Shown piece by piece: positions 46,241-54,018 of a stretch of DNA of 64,000 nucleotides. Below the pieces are notes generated by a model, which was not told where the DNA came from, searched no databases, and worked only from the letters and a program-made list of their open reading frames with translations. The DNA is from Parachlamydiales bacterium (GTDB taxonomy: Bacteria; Chlamydiota; Chlamydiia; Chlamydiales; JAFEGQ01), in the NCBI GenBank assembly GCA_050250135.1, contig JBFWPF010000001.1, forward strand, positions 30,305 through 94,304. The letters are read 5' to 3'. The position numbers and the translations under genes were made by a program. Positions within the stretch are counted from its first letter, which is position 1. Each line of letters starts with the position of its first letter.

Positions 46241-47308
46241 ATGCGCCGCCTCCTATTGCTCCTCCTTCTCCCCTTTGTCCCGGCGCAGGCGATCTACTAC
46301 TGCTGCCCCAACTACTGCTTCAACCCCTGCTACTCCTGGACCTATGGGAAGCTCCAGCTCTCCGCTGAGGCCTTCTACGCCAAGCCCCACACCTGCGACC
46401 TCGACTTTGTCATCCAAGATCCCCGCCCACCAAGCAGCGCCACTGCAGACTTTCTCCCTCAAGGGAAAAATATCGCCGTCCGCCCCGAATATGAGTGGGC
46501 CCCGCGGATCCTCGTTACCTATGTTGTTCCAGGAGGGTGCGTCGATTTTTCCGGGATCTACACCGGCTTCCACCACTCCAACAAGCGGTGTATCTTCCAG
46601 CAGGGCGATGGGGGCCTCTGGCCGGTCAATGTAAACCCGCTTTACATGGGCCTTACCCCACTCTTTTCGGGCAACGTGATGGGGGAGGCGGTCGCCGCCT
46701 ATGCCAAGGGGCGCTCCCGCTATGACTTTGACTCGGGTGAGCTCCAGTTTGCCCTGCGCGGCCCCTTAGGCTCGCGCGTCTGCACCCGGATCTTTGCCGC
46801 TGTCCATATCATGCAGCTGAACCAGTACCTTGACTCCGAGTTTTTCGGCCTCACATTCCCGGTGCTGGGCGCCCAATTGCTCGAATCGGCGAGCCTCCAC
46901 AACAAGCAAAAGGTCTGGGGGGTCGGCCCTAAGGTCGGCTTTGACGCCCATCTTAACCTCTGGTGTGGCTTTGGCGTCGGAGGAAAGATCGCCGCAGCGG
47001 TCCTCGCTGGCCGGTCATGCGGCCACCTCTGGCAGGGGGTGGAGATCTCCTCGGGCGTCGACGAGACGATGGACATCTCGGAGATGAAGTTTGGGCGGGT
47101 CTTCCCCCAGTTTGAGACCCGCCTCGGCATCGACTACACCTACTGCTGGTGTGCCTCCCTTTGGCACCTCGAAATCGGTTACCAGTTCATCAGCTACATC
47201 AACCTCCTCTGCAACACCTCCTTTAACGACCAGCGGGCGACTAGCGTAAACCGCCCCGCCTCCTTTAACCTCGATGGCCTCTATATCCGCCTTAGCTTAC
47301 AGATATAA
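46241..47308 (+). CDS. MOMP-like outer-membrane protein, paralog 10
   Basis: It has a signal peptide and the motifs YYCCPNYCFNPCYSW, WGVGPKVGFD and FNLDGLYIRLSLQI. Confidence 0.7.
   Translation: MRRLLLLLLLPFVPAQAIYYCCPNYCFNPCYSWTYGKLQLSAEAFYAKPHTCDLDFVIQDPRPPSSATADFLPQGKNIAVRPEYEWAPRILVTYVVPGGCVDFSGIYTGFHHSNKRCIFQQGDGGLWPVNVNPLYMGLTPLFSGNVMGEAVAAYAKGRSRYDFDSGELQFALRGPLGSRVCTRIFAAVHIMQLNQYLDSEFFGLTFPVLGAQLLESASLHNKQKVWGVGPKVGFDAHLNLWCGFGVGGKIAAAVLAGRSCGHLWQGVEISSGVDETMDISEMKFGRVFPQFETRLGIDYTYCWCASLWHLEIGYQFISYINLLCNTSFNDQRATSVNRPASFNLDGLYIRLSLQI
46629..46647. repeat. palindromic motif copy ATGTAAACC-C-GCTTTACAT (one mismatched pair)
   Basis: It lies inside porin paralog 10 and is read as N-V-N-P-L-Y-M. 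Confidence 0.7.
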
Positions 47309-47337
47309 TTGACTTTAAATCCCCTTTCCTGTATAAT
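47309..47337 (+). promoter_or_regulatory. near-consensus sigma70-like promoter TTGACT-N17-TATAAT
   Basis: The -35 box lies at 47309-47314 and the -10 box at 47332-47337. The interval is AT-rich and the ATG lies at 47356 without an obvious SD. Confidence 0.6.
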
Positions 47338-47355
47338 TTAAAATAAAAATTATAT

Positions 47356-48021
47356 ATGGATATCCTTGCAGGTGCTGCCCAGCTTGGTGCTGTGGCCCTC
47401 CACTACCCCCTTCGCTCATCTCAAGTTATCGTATCGGCCCTCCCTTGGGTCCATCTTGCCTACTACAAGCTAGCTCCCCGGAGCCACCGCTCCGAGAGGC
47501 TGATGCATGCCTCCTGGATAGCCAGCGGCCTCTTTGGCCTAGCCACCACCACAGGGCTTGCCCGCTTAGCCTCGGCAACCAGCGCGGCGATGGGAGGGCT
47601 TAGCCTCTTCCTCTACCTCCGCGCTCCCAAGCTCACATTCGCACACAGAGAGGAGGGTGGCGGGATACCCCTCTACTGCAGAGATGTGGACTTTGAGCAG
47701 AACTTTGTAACCCGGCTCAATAAGGCGGAGTTTACCCACTTTCCCTGGTCCCATGTTTTCATCGACAACTTCAATGGGCATCGGTCGCCTAATGCTTTTG
47801 AGATGCAAGATGGGTGCTTTAAGGACTATTGGGAAACTGTGGAGCAGGCGAAGGGGGGCTCCGTTCTCCTTATCACGACGATGGAGCCTTCGGGAAGGTC
47901 CATGATAGAGGCCCAGTCCCGGATGAAAGCCTTCATCGAGCGGGGTCACCGATTCGAGATGATAAAGGACCCCTCATTTGAAGATCTGATCGCCCTACTG
48001 GAAAAGCTAGGGGCGGCTTGA
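47356..48021 (+). CDS. hypothetical protein with N-terminal hydrophobic segments
   Basis: An ATG ORF behind a strong promoter-like signal. The N-terminal third has two hydrophobic stretches and the C-terminal domain is unrecognised. Confidence 0.5.
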   Translation: MDILAGAAQLGAVALHYPLRSSQVIVSALPWVHLAYYKLAPRSHRSERLMHASWIASGLFGLATTTGLARLASATSAAMGGLSLFLYLRAPKLTFAHREEGGGIPLYCRDVDFEQNFVTRLNKAEFTHFPWSHVFIDNFNGHRSPNAFEMQDGCFKDYWETVEQAKGGSVLLITTMEPSGRSMIEAQSRMKAFIERGHRFEMIKDPSFEDLIALLEKLGAA

Positions 48022-48035
48022 TATCCTCCTCCCCT

Positions 48036-50120
48036 ATGCTCACCCTTAATCCCGCACAGCTCCAAGCAGCAGAACATATCGAAGGGCCCCTTCTTGTCCT
48101 CGCGGGCGCAGGGGCGGGCAAGACCCGCATTGTAACCGCCAGGGTCGCCCGCCTGATCGAACTCGGCGTCTCGCCTAGCGCCATACTCGCCGTCACCTTC
48201 ACCAATAAGGCGGCCGGGGAGATGAAGGAGCGGATCTTACGCGCCTGCCACAAGAATGTCCTCGTCTCGACCTTCCACAGCCTTGGCGCCCGGATCCTCC
48301 GGGAATCGATTGGCGAGCTGGGCTTCTCTTCCGACTTTGTCATCTACGATGAGGAGGATAGCCAAAAGCTACTCAAAGCTTGCCTCGAGCAGGTGGGTGC
48401 CCCCAAGGAGGTAAAGCCCAAAGCGATTCGGGGGCTCATCTCCGATGCGAAAAACAGCCAAACGCCCCCCGAGGCGCTGAGTACCTCGGGGCTCACGACC
48501 AAAGCGGAGCGCCTCTTCCCCGAGGTCTACGCCCTCTACCAGGCCAAGCTCAAGGAGTACAACGCCCTCGACTTCGACGACCTCCTCTTCCTCACCGTCC
48601 GCCTCTTTCAGGAGCATCCCGAAACCTTGCGGCGCTATCAGGAGCGGTGGCAGTTCACCCTGATCGACGAGTACCAGGACACCAACCAAGCCCAGTACCT
48701 GATGAGCCGCTACTTAGCGGGCGAGCGGCAGAATCTCTTTGTGGTGGGCGATCCCGACCAGTCGATCTACTCCTGGCGGGGCGCCAACATCAGCAACATC
48801 CTCGACTTTGAGAAGGACTATCCCGGCGCCAAGGTGGTGCGGCTTGAGCAGAACTACCGGAGCACGAACACGATACTCGAGGCGGCCAACGCCCTCATCC
48901 AACACAACCGGGGGCGCTACGAGAAAAACCTCTGGAGCGAGCTCGGCGCGGGGGAGCCGATCCGGATCGCCCGGGTCGGGTCGGAGCGGGAGGAGGCCGA
49001 CCTGATCGTCCGGGAGATCGACCGGTTCCACACTCGCGAGGAGATCTCCCTCGACGAGATAGTGGTTTTCTACCGGACAAACGCTCAGTCCCGCCCCTTT
49101 GAAGATGCCCTCCTCGCCCGCCGTATCCCTTACGTGATCGTCGGCGGCCTCTCCTTCTACCAGCGGCGGGAGATCAAGGACATCCTTGCTCTCCTCCGCG
49201 TCCTCGCAACCGGCTCCGACTACCTCTCCTTTGCCCGCACCGTCAACATCCCCAAGCGGGGCCTTGGCAACACCACCCTCCAGAAGATCGAGGCCTACGC
49301 CAGCGAGCACCAACGGCCCCTCCTTGCCGCCTGTGAGGAGACACCCGGCCTCTCCAAAAAGCAAAAGGAGGGGCTTGCCGACTACCTCGCCCTCATCCGT
49401 GCCTTGCGCGAGGTTCAGGAGAGGGCCCCTCTCTATGAACTGGTCTACCAGGCGATCAAGCAGTCGGGCTATGTCTCTTACCTCAAGGAGGACATGGAGA
49501 CCTACCAGGATCGGAAGGAGAACCTCGACGAGCTTGTCTCCAAAGCCTCCGAATGGGGCGAGCAGAATCCCGAAGGGACCCTCGGTGCCTTTTTAGAAGA
49601 GCTCTCCCTAAAATCGACACTCGATGAAACGGCCGGCCCTGATGAGCGGATCAGCTTGATGACCCTCCACAACGGGAAGGGGCTCGAATTCACCGCCACC
49701 TTTATCGCCGGGATGGAGGAGGGGCTTTTTCCCCACATCAACTCGGCTGGCTCTCCCGAAGCGCTTGAGGAGGAGCGGCGCCTCTGTTACGTCGGGATGA
49801 CCCGCGCCAAGCGCCACCTAACCCTCACCCACGCCACCTTCCGCTTTATTTGGGGCTCCTCTCAAACGATGCGCCCCAGCCGCTTCCTCCGAGAGATTCC
49901 GAAAAAGTACACCCAGGAGATGGCCGGCCCGGTCGATACCTTCCTCCACCGCTCAGCCACCTTTTCTACGGGAGACAGGTTGGAGCATCCCGACTTTGGC
50001 TGCGGAGTCATTCAGGAGATCGGGACCAACTCCCTCGGTGTAGTTTATCGGGTCCAATTCGAGCGGGATGGGTCGGAGAGGACCCTAGTTGCCAAGTACG
50101 CTTCCCTCTACCCCGCGTAG
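48036..50120 (+). CDS. uvrD: ATP-dependent DNA helicase UvrD/PcrA
   Basis: Motifs AGAGAGKTRIV, DEYQDTN and TLHNGKGLEF. I prefer the ATG at 48036 (MLTLNPAQ) over the track's TTG at 48018. Confidence 0.9.
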   Translation: MLTLNPAQLQAAEHIEGPLLVLAGAGAGKTRIVTARVARLIELGVSPSAILAVTFTNKAAGEMKERILRACHKNVLVSTFHSLGARILRESIGELGFSSDFVIYDEEDSQKLLKACLEQVGAPKEVKPKAIRGLISDAKNSQTPPEALSTSGLTTKAERLFPEVYALYQAKLKEYNALDFDDLLFLTVRLFQEHPETLRRYQERWQFTLIDEYQDTNQAQYLMSRYLAGERQNLFVVGDPDQSIYSWRGANISNILDFEKDYPGAKVVRLEQNYRSTNTILEAANALIQHNRGRYEKNLWSELGAGEPIRIARVGSEREEADLIVREIDRFHTREEISLDEIVVFYRTNAQSRPFEDALLARRIPYVIVGGLSFYQRREIKDILALLRVLATGSDYLSFARTVNIPKRGLGNTTLQKIEAYASEHQRPLLAACEETPGLSKKQKEGLADYLALIRALREVQERAPLYELVYQAIKQSGYVSYLKEDMETYQDRKENLDELVSKASEWGEQNPEGTLGAFLEELSLKSTLDETAGPDERISLMTLHNGKGLEFTATFIAGMEEGLFPHINSAGSPEALEEERRLCYVGMTRAKRHLTLTHATFRFIWGSSQTMRPSRFLREIPKKYTQEMAGPVDTFLHRSATFSTGDRLEHPDFGCGVIQEIGTNSLGVVYRVQFERDGSERTLVAKYASLYPA

Positions 50121-50774
50121 GTATTTCCGAAGGTCCTCCCGCCCATCGAGCACCGGTCGGAGGTCCTCTCTCTTTGAGAAACGGATGATCTCCTCATCTG
50201 TCAGTCGGTAGGCAATCGCCCGAGCGCCCCTCGCATCGCTAATCGCCTCCAGCTTCCGCAGCAATCGACTCAGTGTCCTGTGCCGCCTTACCCGCCTCCC
50301 CACCCCAAGGCCCATCAGCACAGCTGGCAGCACCTTAAGGGGCATAAACAGAGGCCATCCCAGTCCAATAGAGACGAAATCGGCAAAGAGGGGGAGCATC
50401 ACAGCACCTAGAAAGGCCCACACCTCCCAAGGGCGCTCGATCATCGGCCCTAGCCACCGCCTGAGCAGGCTCCCGCTGACCCAGTAGGCAAAGATCTCCT
50501 CGAACTTGGGTTCATTGAGATGGGCCCGTCCTGCATGGACCAGCTCGTGGGCGACCAGCTCTTCCCGCGAGTAGAGCCCCAGGTAGCGCTCCTTAGTCCG
50601 AAAGGCCTCTCGCAGCTGGATCCCCTTACTGGGGTCCATAAAGCCCCCATGCCAAGGCATCAGCCCTTCATTGCTGTAGGTAACGGGGACCCAGGTAGGG
50701 GCAACATCAAATAGCACCCGAACCCTCTCAACGGCCGGCTGCAGCTCTAAGGGGAAGAGCCCCTCCCCCTCCAT
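50085..50774 (-). CDS. membrane-associated HExxH protein (putative zinc metalloprotease)
   Basis: The HELVH motif is followed by hydrophobic helices. The ATG at 50774 lies 5 nt after the upstream stop. The track's longer ORF overlaps the upstream gene. Confidence 0.45.
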   Translation of the reverse strand: MEGEGLFPLELQPAVERVRVLFDVAPTWVPVTYSNEGLMPWHGGFMDPSKGIQLREAFRTKERYLGLYSREELVAHELVHAGRAHLNEPKFEEIFAYWVSGSLLRRWLGPMIERPWEVWAFLGAVMLPLFADFVSIGLGWPLFMPLKVLPAVLMGLGVGRRVRRHRTLSRLLRKLEAISDARGARAIAYRLTDEEIIRFSKREDLRPVLDGREDLRKYLRGVEGSVLGN

Positions 50775-50779
50775 AGACT

Positions 50780-52732
50780 CTACTCCTCGTCCGACGGACC
50801 AAGAGACGCCAAGCCCACCACCTGCTGTGGTGGTCTTGGGGCGTTCCCTTTTGGCAGGTGGGGCCAGGCAGCGTAGAGGTGGTCGGCTCCATTCAGGAGG
50901 GCCCAATCGAGCACGCGCGCCCCTCCGTAGCCGGCCAGGGCAACTGCTGCTGCCTTGGGGAAATCGAGAGAGGGGGTCCACTTCCGGCTAGCAAGGTAAA
51001 CCGACAGCACCGCCAGCCCAAGGCCAAGGCCTTGGATGTAGGGGTTGACAATGGCCGGTACAGCACCCTCGTCATCTCGTTTCCAATAGTCGGTGCAGCT
51101 TGCAACCGTCAATGCTGGCAATGCGATGGCGAAGGGGCTAAAGGCAGCACCCGCGATCCAGACCCTAAGGGGCACGGAGGGAACAATCCTATTCAGGAGG
51201 AGGGGGGCTGCTAGAGCGCCTCCCAGAGCGATCGCTAGGTACTTTACAGCTGCCAGGCGGTAGCCATCCGCCTTATCCCAGCCACACTTATCACAAGGCT
51301 CAGTCCGCCACTTTTGCTCCTCATCCTCAAAATAGGGCCTCGGCTTTAGGGCGCTTGCCCAGCCAGCTGCCGAATAGACGATGAGTGAGCCAAACCCGAG
51401 CACCGCCCCATCTCGGAGAATCGAAAGCCCCGTCAGAGCAGTCGGAGAGAAAAGGGTGGTGACGGCAACCGCCACGGTTGCCAGGGGGACCGTTGCCAGG
51501 AACCGGATCCCCTCGTTAATCCGCTTGTCCCGTTCAGCCAATTCGATCCCTAGCACCCCGTCAGCCAGCCCGGCCAACAGAGCGGCCGAAACGACCGCCT
51601 GAGTCGAGCTGCTAAGGGCTAGCGCACCCAGCGCCTTGGGGAAGGGGATGTTCGTAAGCAAAAGGGCAGCTAGGCTATAGATAATCGGTCTGAGAACCCG
51701 CTCCTTTTGAGCGGCACTCCTTTTGTCATCGAAAACCCCGCACCCCTTCTCACAACCCCCCTTTGCCTCTCTCTTGGGTTCAGAGGCCAATTGGGGCCAC
51801 GAACGGTAGGCATCGCGAACGAGCGCTGCTGCAAATTGATCCAACACCCGAGAGGCAGCATAGCCGAGGAGAGCCACACCCGCAATCTCGTGAGCCCCAA
51901 GAGCAGGGCCCCACTGCTGAGAGATGAGGTAGACCGCCAGGGAGGCAAGGCCAACCCCAACCCCATTTATTAAGAGATCGCCAGCCTGTACCTCTTTCCC
52001 CTCTTTCCCCTCCCACATTGCCCGAGCCTGGCCGACTACGGCAACAGGGCTGAAGAGGGCACCCGCCATCCACATCCTAGCTGGAATCACCGGTAGAGCT
52101 TTGCTGAGCACCAGAGACGCTGCCACCCCACTTACGAGGGCCGCCACGACATACTTGACGGCCGCCGCCCTATTGGTATCGTAGATCTCCTGGCAATCCC
52201 GACCGGGGCATTTTTTAAAGACCAAGTCCCCATTTCCATGTTCTTCGCTCACCCCTAGGCAAGGGTTAGGCCAAACCCTGCGAGCCCCGGATACGAGTAA
52301 GCCTAGGGTGGGGAAAATAACGGCCGCTCCCACTCCAATCTGAAAGCCATCTTTAAGCCAGGCCCGATAGTTGAGGGAGCGCTGAACGACTAAACTCCCG
52401 ATCCCAAGGAAAAGCAAAGAGAGGGGGATAGTCAGCGCAAAGCGGGAGCGATCGGGGATCCTTACGGGTGTTGAATCAGTATCGTCGTCCTCCCAACCCA
52501 ATACCAATCCGAGGACCCCCTCCACGGCACCAACGGCCAGAGCCGCAGAGACCACGAGCTTGCTAGAGTGGGTCAGCTGGAGAGGCTGAAGCCCCTTAGG
52601 GAGGGAGAGTTGGGTGAAGCAGTAGGCGGCTAGCCCATAGACAAGGGGGCGGAGGGGTAGTTCCCCAACGGCCACTATCATCTTTCCTTCATGCCCTGCT
52701 CTAACCGTGTAGCACTCGCTGCAAGAGGCCAT
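50780..52732 (-). CDS. polytopic membrane protein with internal duplication and four Cys-pair motifs
   Basis: Two homologous halves of about 325 aa each are visible. Cys pairs are CSEC, CPGRDC, CEKGC and CDKC. It has many hydrophobic helices. Confidence 0.55.
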   Translation of the reverse strand: MASCSECYTVRAGHEGKMIVAVGELPLRPLVYGLAAYCFTQLSLPKGLQPLQLTHSSKLVVSAALAVGAVEGVLGLVLGWEDDDTDSTPVRIPDRSRFALTIPLSLLFLGIGSLVVQRSLNYRAWLKDGFQIGVGAAVIFPTLGLLVSGARRVWPNPCLGVSEEHGNGDLVFKKCPGRDCQEIYDTNRAAAVKYVVAALVSGVAASLVLSKALPVIPARMWMAGALFSPVAVVGQARAMWEGKEGKEVQAGDLLINGVGVGLASLAVYLISQQWGPALGAHEIAGVALLGYAASRVLDQFAAALVRDAYRSWPQLASEPKREAKGGCEKGCGVFDDKRSAAQKERVLRPIIYSLAALLLTNIPFPKALGALALSSSTQAVVSAALLAGLADGVLGIELAERDKRINEGIRFLATVPLATVAVAVTTLFSPTALTGLSILRDGAVLGFGSLIVYSAAGWASALKPRPYFEDEEQKWRTEPCDKCGWDKADGYRLAAVKYLAIALGGALAAPLLLNRIVPSVPLRVWIAGAAFSPFAIALPALTVASCTDYWKRDDEGAVPAIVNPYIQGLGLGLAVLSVYLASRKWTPSLDFPKAAAVALAGYGGARVLDWALLNGADHLYAAWPHLPKGNAPRPPQQVVGLASLGPSDEE

Positions 52733-52840
52733 GGCTGATCCTTTTTTGTTTGAGATTCGGAGTTAAAGGATAGATAAAGGTTGGGTTTTTGCCAACGGCT
52801 TGCGTGGATTTGTGGCCCCCCTTTAGCCTAACTCCATTCC

Positions 52841-53791
52841 ATGACAGTGATTGTACAATCAAATCTTTTGTGTGCTCTTCCGCCGCTCGACTACTCGGCG
52901 GCCATTCTCCTCTCCGATCGGGAGGTGTTTGATCGGTATGGACCGAGGGTAATCGCCCAGCTCCCCTTTAAGTGCGAGGTGTTCCTGGTGCCGCAGGGAG
53001 AGGCCGGGAAGGAGTTAGCGGTTGCCCGCGCGTGTTGGGAAAAGATGGAGGGCCTCGACCACCAATCGGTGGTGATCACGCTGGGGGGCGGGGCGATCTG
53101 CGACCTGGGGGGCTTTGTCGCCTCCACCTTTATGCGGGGCATTGGGCTGATCCACATCCCGACCACCCTCCTTGCCATGGTCGATGCGGCTATCGGGGGG
53201 AAGAATGGCCTCAACCTGGGGGGGAAGAACCGGATAGGGACGGTCTATGAGGCGAAAGGGGTGATGGTCGATCCAGAGGTGCTAAAGACGTTGCCAGAGG
53301 AGGAGATCCGCGCGGGAATGGCCGAGGTGGTGAAGATAGGGATGGTCGCCGATCCGCATCTCCTTGAAATGGAGGAGATGGTCTCGATTATCGAGCGGTC
53401 AATTCGACTCAAGGAGCGGATTGTACGGGAGGGGCGGCGCACCTTATTAAACTGGGGGCACACCTTTGCCCATGCGCTCGAGGCGCTAATGGGCTATCGG
53501 ATCCGGCATGGGGAGGCGGTGGCTATTGGGATGGGGTGGGCGGCAAGGCTCAGTGTGGCGATGGGGCTGGCGGGGCCCGAGCTCATCGAGGTGCAGGAGG
53601 GGGCCCTTAGGCGAAGGGGAATCTCTGTCGCCCTGCCAAAGGTCGATGGGGAAAGGATGGTCGAGCTGATGGCCCGGGACAAGAAGGGGAGAGGGGGAAA
53701 AGTTGCCTGTGTGGTGAGCCGCGGAGTCGGGATGATGGAGCTTAATCCTGAGGTCGATAAAAAGTTGATTCGGGAAATCCTTGCTCTTTAG
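52841..53791 (+). CDS. aroB: 3-dehydroquinate synthase-like protein
   Basis: Motifs GGGAICDLGGFVASTFMRGI, PTTLLAMVDAAIGGKNG and LNWGHTFAHALE. At 316 aa it is somewhat short. Confidence 0.75.
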   Translation: MTVIVQSNLLCALPPLDYSAAILLSDREVFDRYGPRVIAQLPFKCEVFLVPQGEAGKELAVARACWEKMEGLDHQSVVITLGGGAICDLGGFVASTFMRGIGLIHIPTTLLAMVDAAIGGKNGLNLGGKNRIGTVYEAKGVMVDPEVLKTLPEEEIRAGMAEVVKIGMVADPHLLEMEEMVSIIERSIRLKERIVREGRRTLLNWGHTFAHALEALMGYRIRHGEAVAIGMGWAARLSVAMGLAGPELIEVQEGALRRRGISVALPKVDGERMVELMARDKKGRGGKVACVVSRGVGMMELNPEVDKKLIREILAL

Positions 53792-53827
53792 GGCGTTGAA
53801 GGATACAAATGTACGGTCACACAGTAA

Positions 53828-53974
53828 GTGATCGCTATAGGGTGTCTACTTAGGGTGAGCACAGGTGCAAATCATTTGAGCTTAATGGAGAAGCTCATAG
53901 GCTTAAAGCTCAAAGGATTGGCGCCTCCGCCCCTGTAGGGAGAAACCTCTTAGCGATTGCTTACACCAATAGCC
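53828..53974 (+). repeat. imperfect long inverted repeat with alternative pairings (element D)
   Basis: AAATCATTTGAGCTTAA (53869-53885) pairs with TTAAAGCTCAAAGGATT (53903-53919). The outer pairs are ATCGCTA/TAGCGAT and GCTATAGGGTGT/ACACCAATAGC. A competing small stem is GAGCTT (53878-53883) with AAGCTC (53891-53896). Confidence 0.45.
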
Positions 53975-54018
53975 AGGAATTGAGTAAGGGGCTATCAGGG
54001 GCCTTTGAGGAGTCGGGA

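Noticed and set aside
35139-47308. The tandem repetitive block interpreted as a CRISPR array or satellite repeat.
   Set aside because: The repeat units are full-length protein-coding paralogs of about 1-1.3 kb, not short direct repeats with spacers.
50775-50981. Long N-terminal extensions in the ORF track. They affect the HExxH protein, pepP (18172-18261), ahpC (27650-27709), groEL (33759-33800), topA (53980-54018), trpS (60619-60672) and uvrD (48018-48035).
   Set aside because: The extensions overlap upstream genes or use TTG/GTG codons. Internal ATGs give canonical family N-termini and tight stop/start coupling.
53840-53852. A 13-nt identity (GGGTGTCTACTTA) between element D and the minus strand of element B (63018-63030).
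   Set aside because: Matches of this length are expected by chance many times among all pairs in 64 kb, and the flanking sequence does not align.
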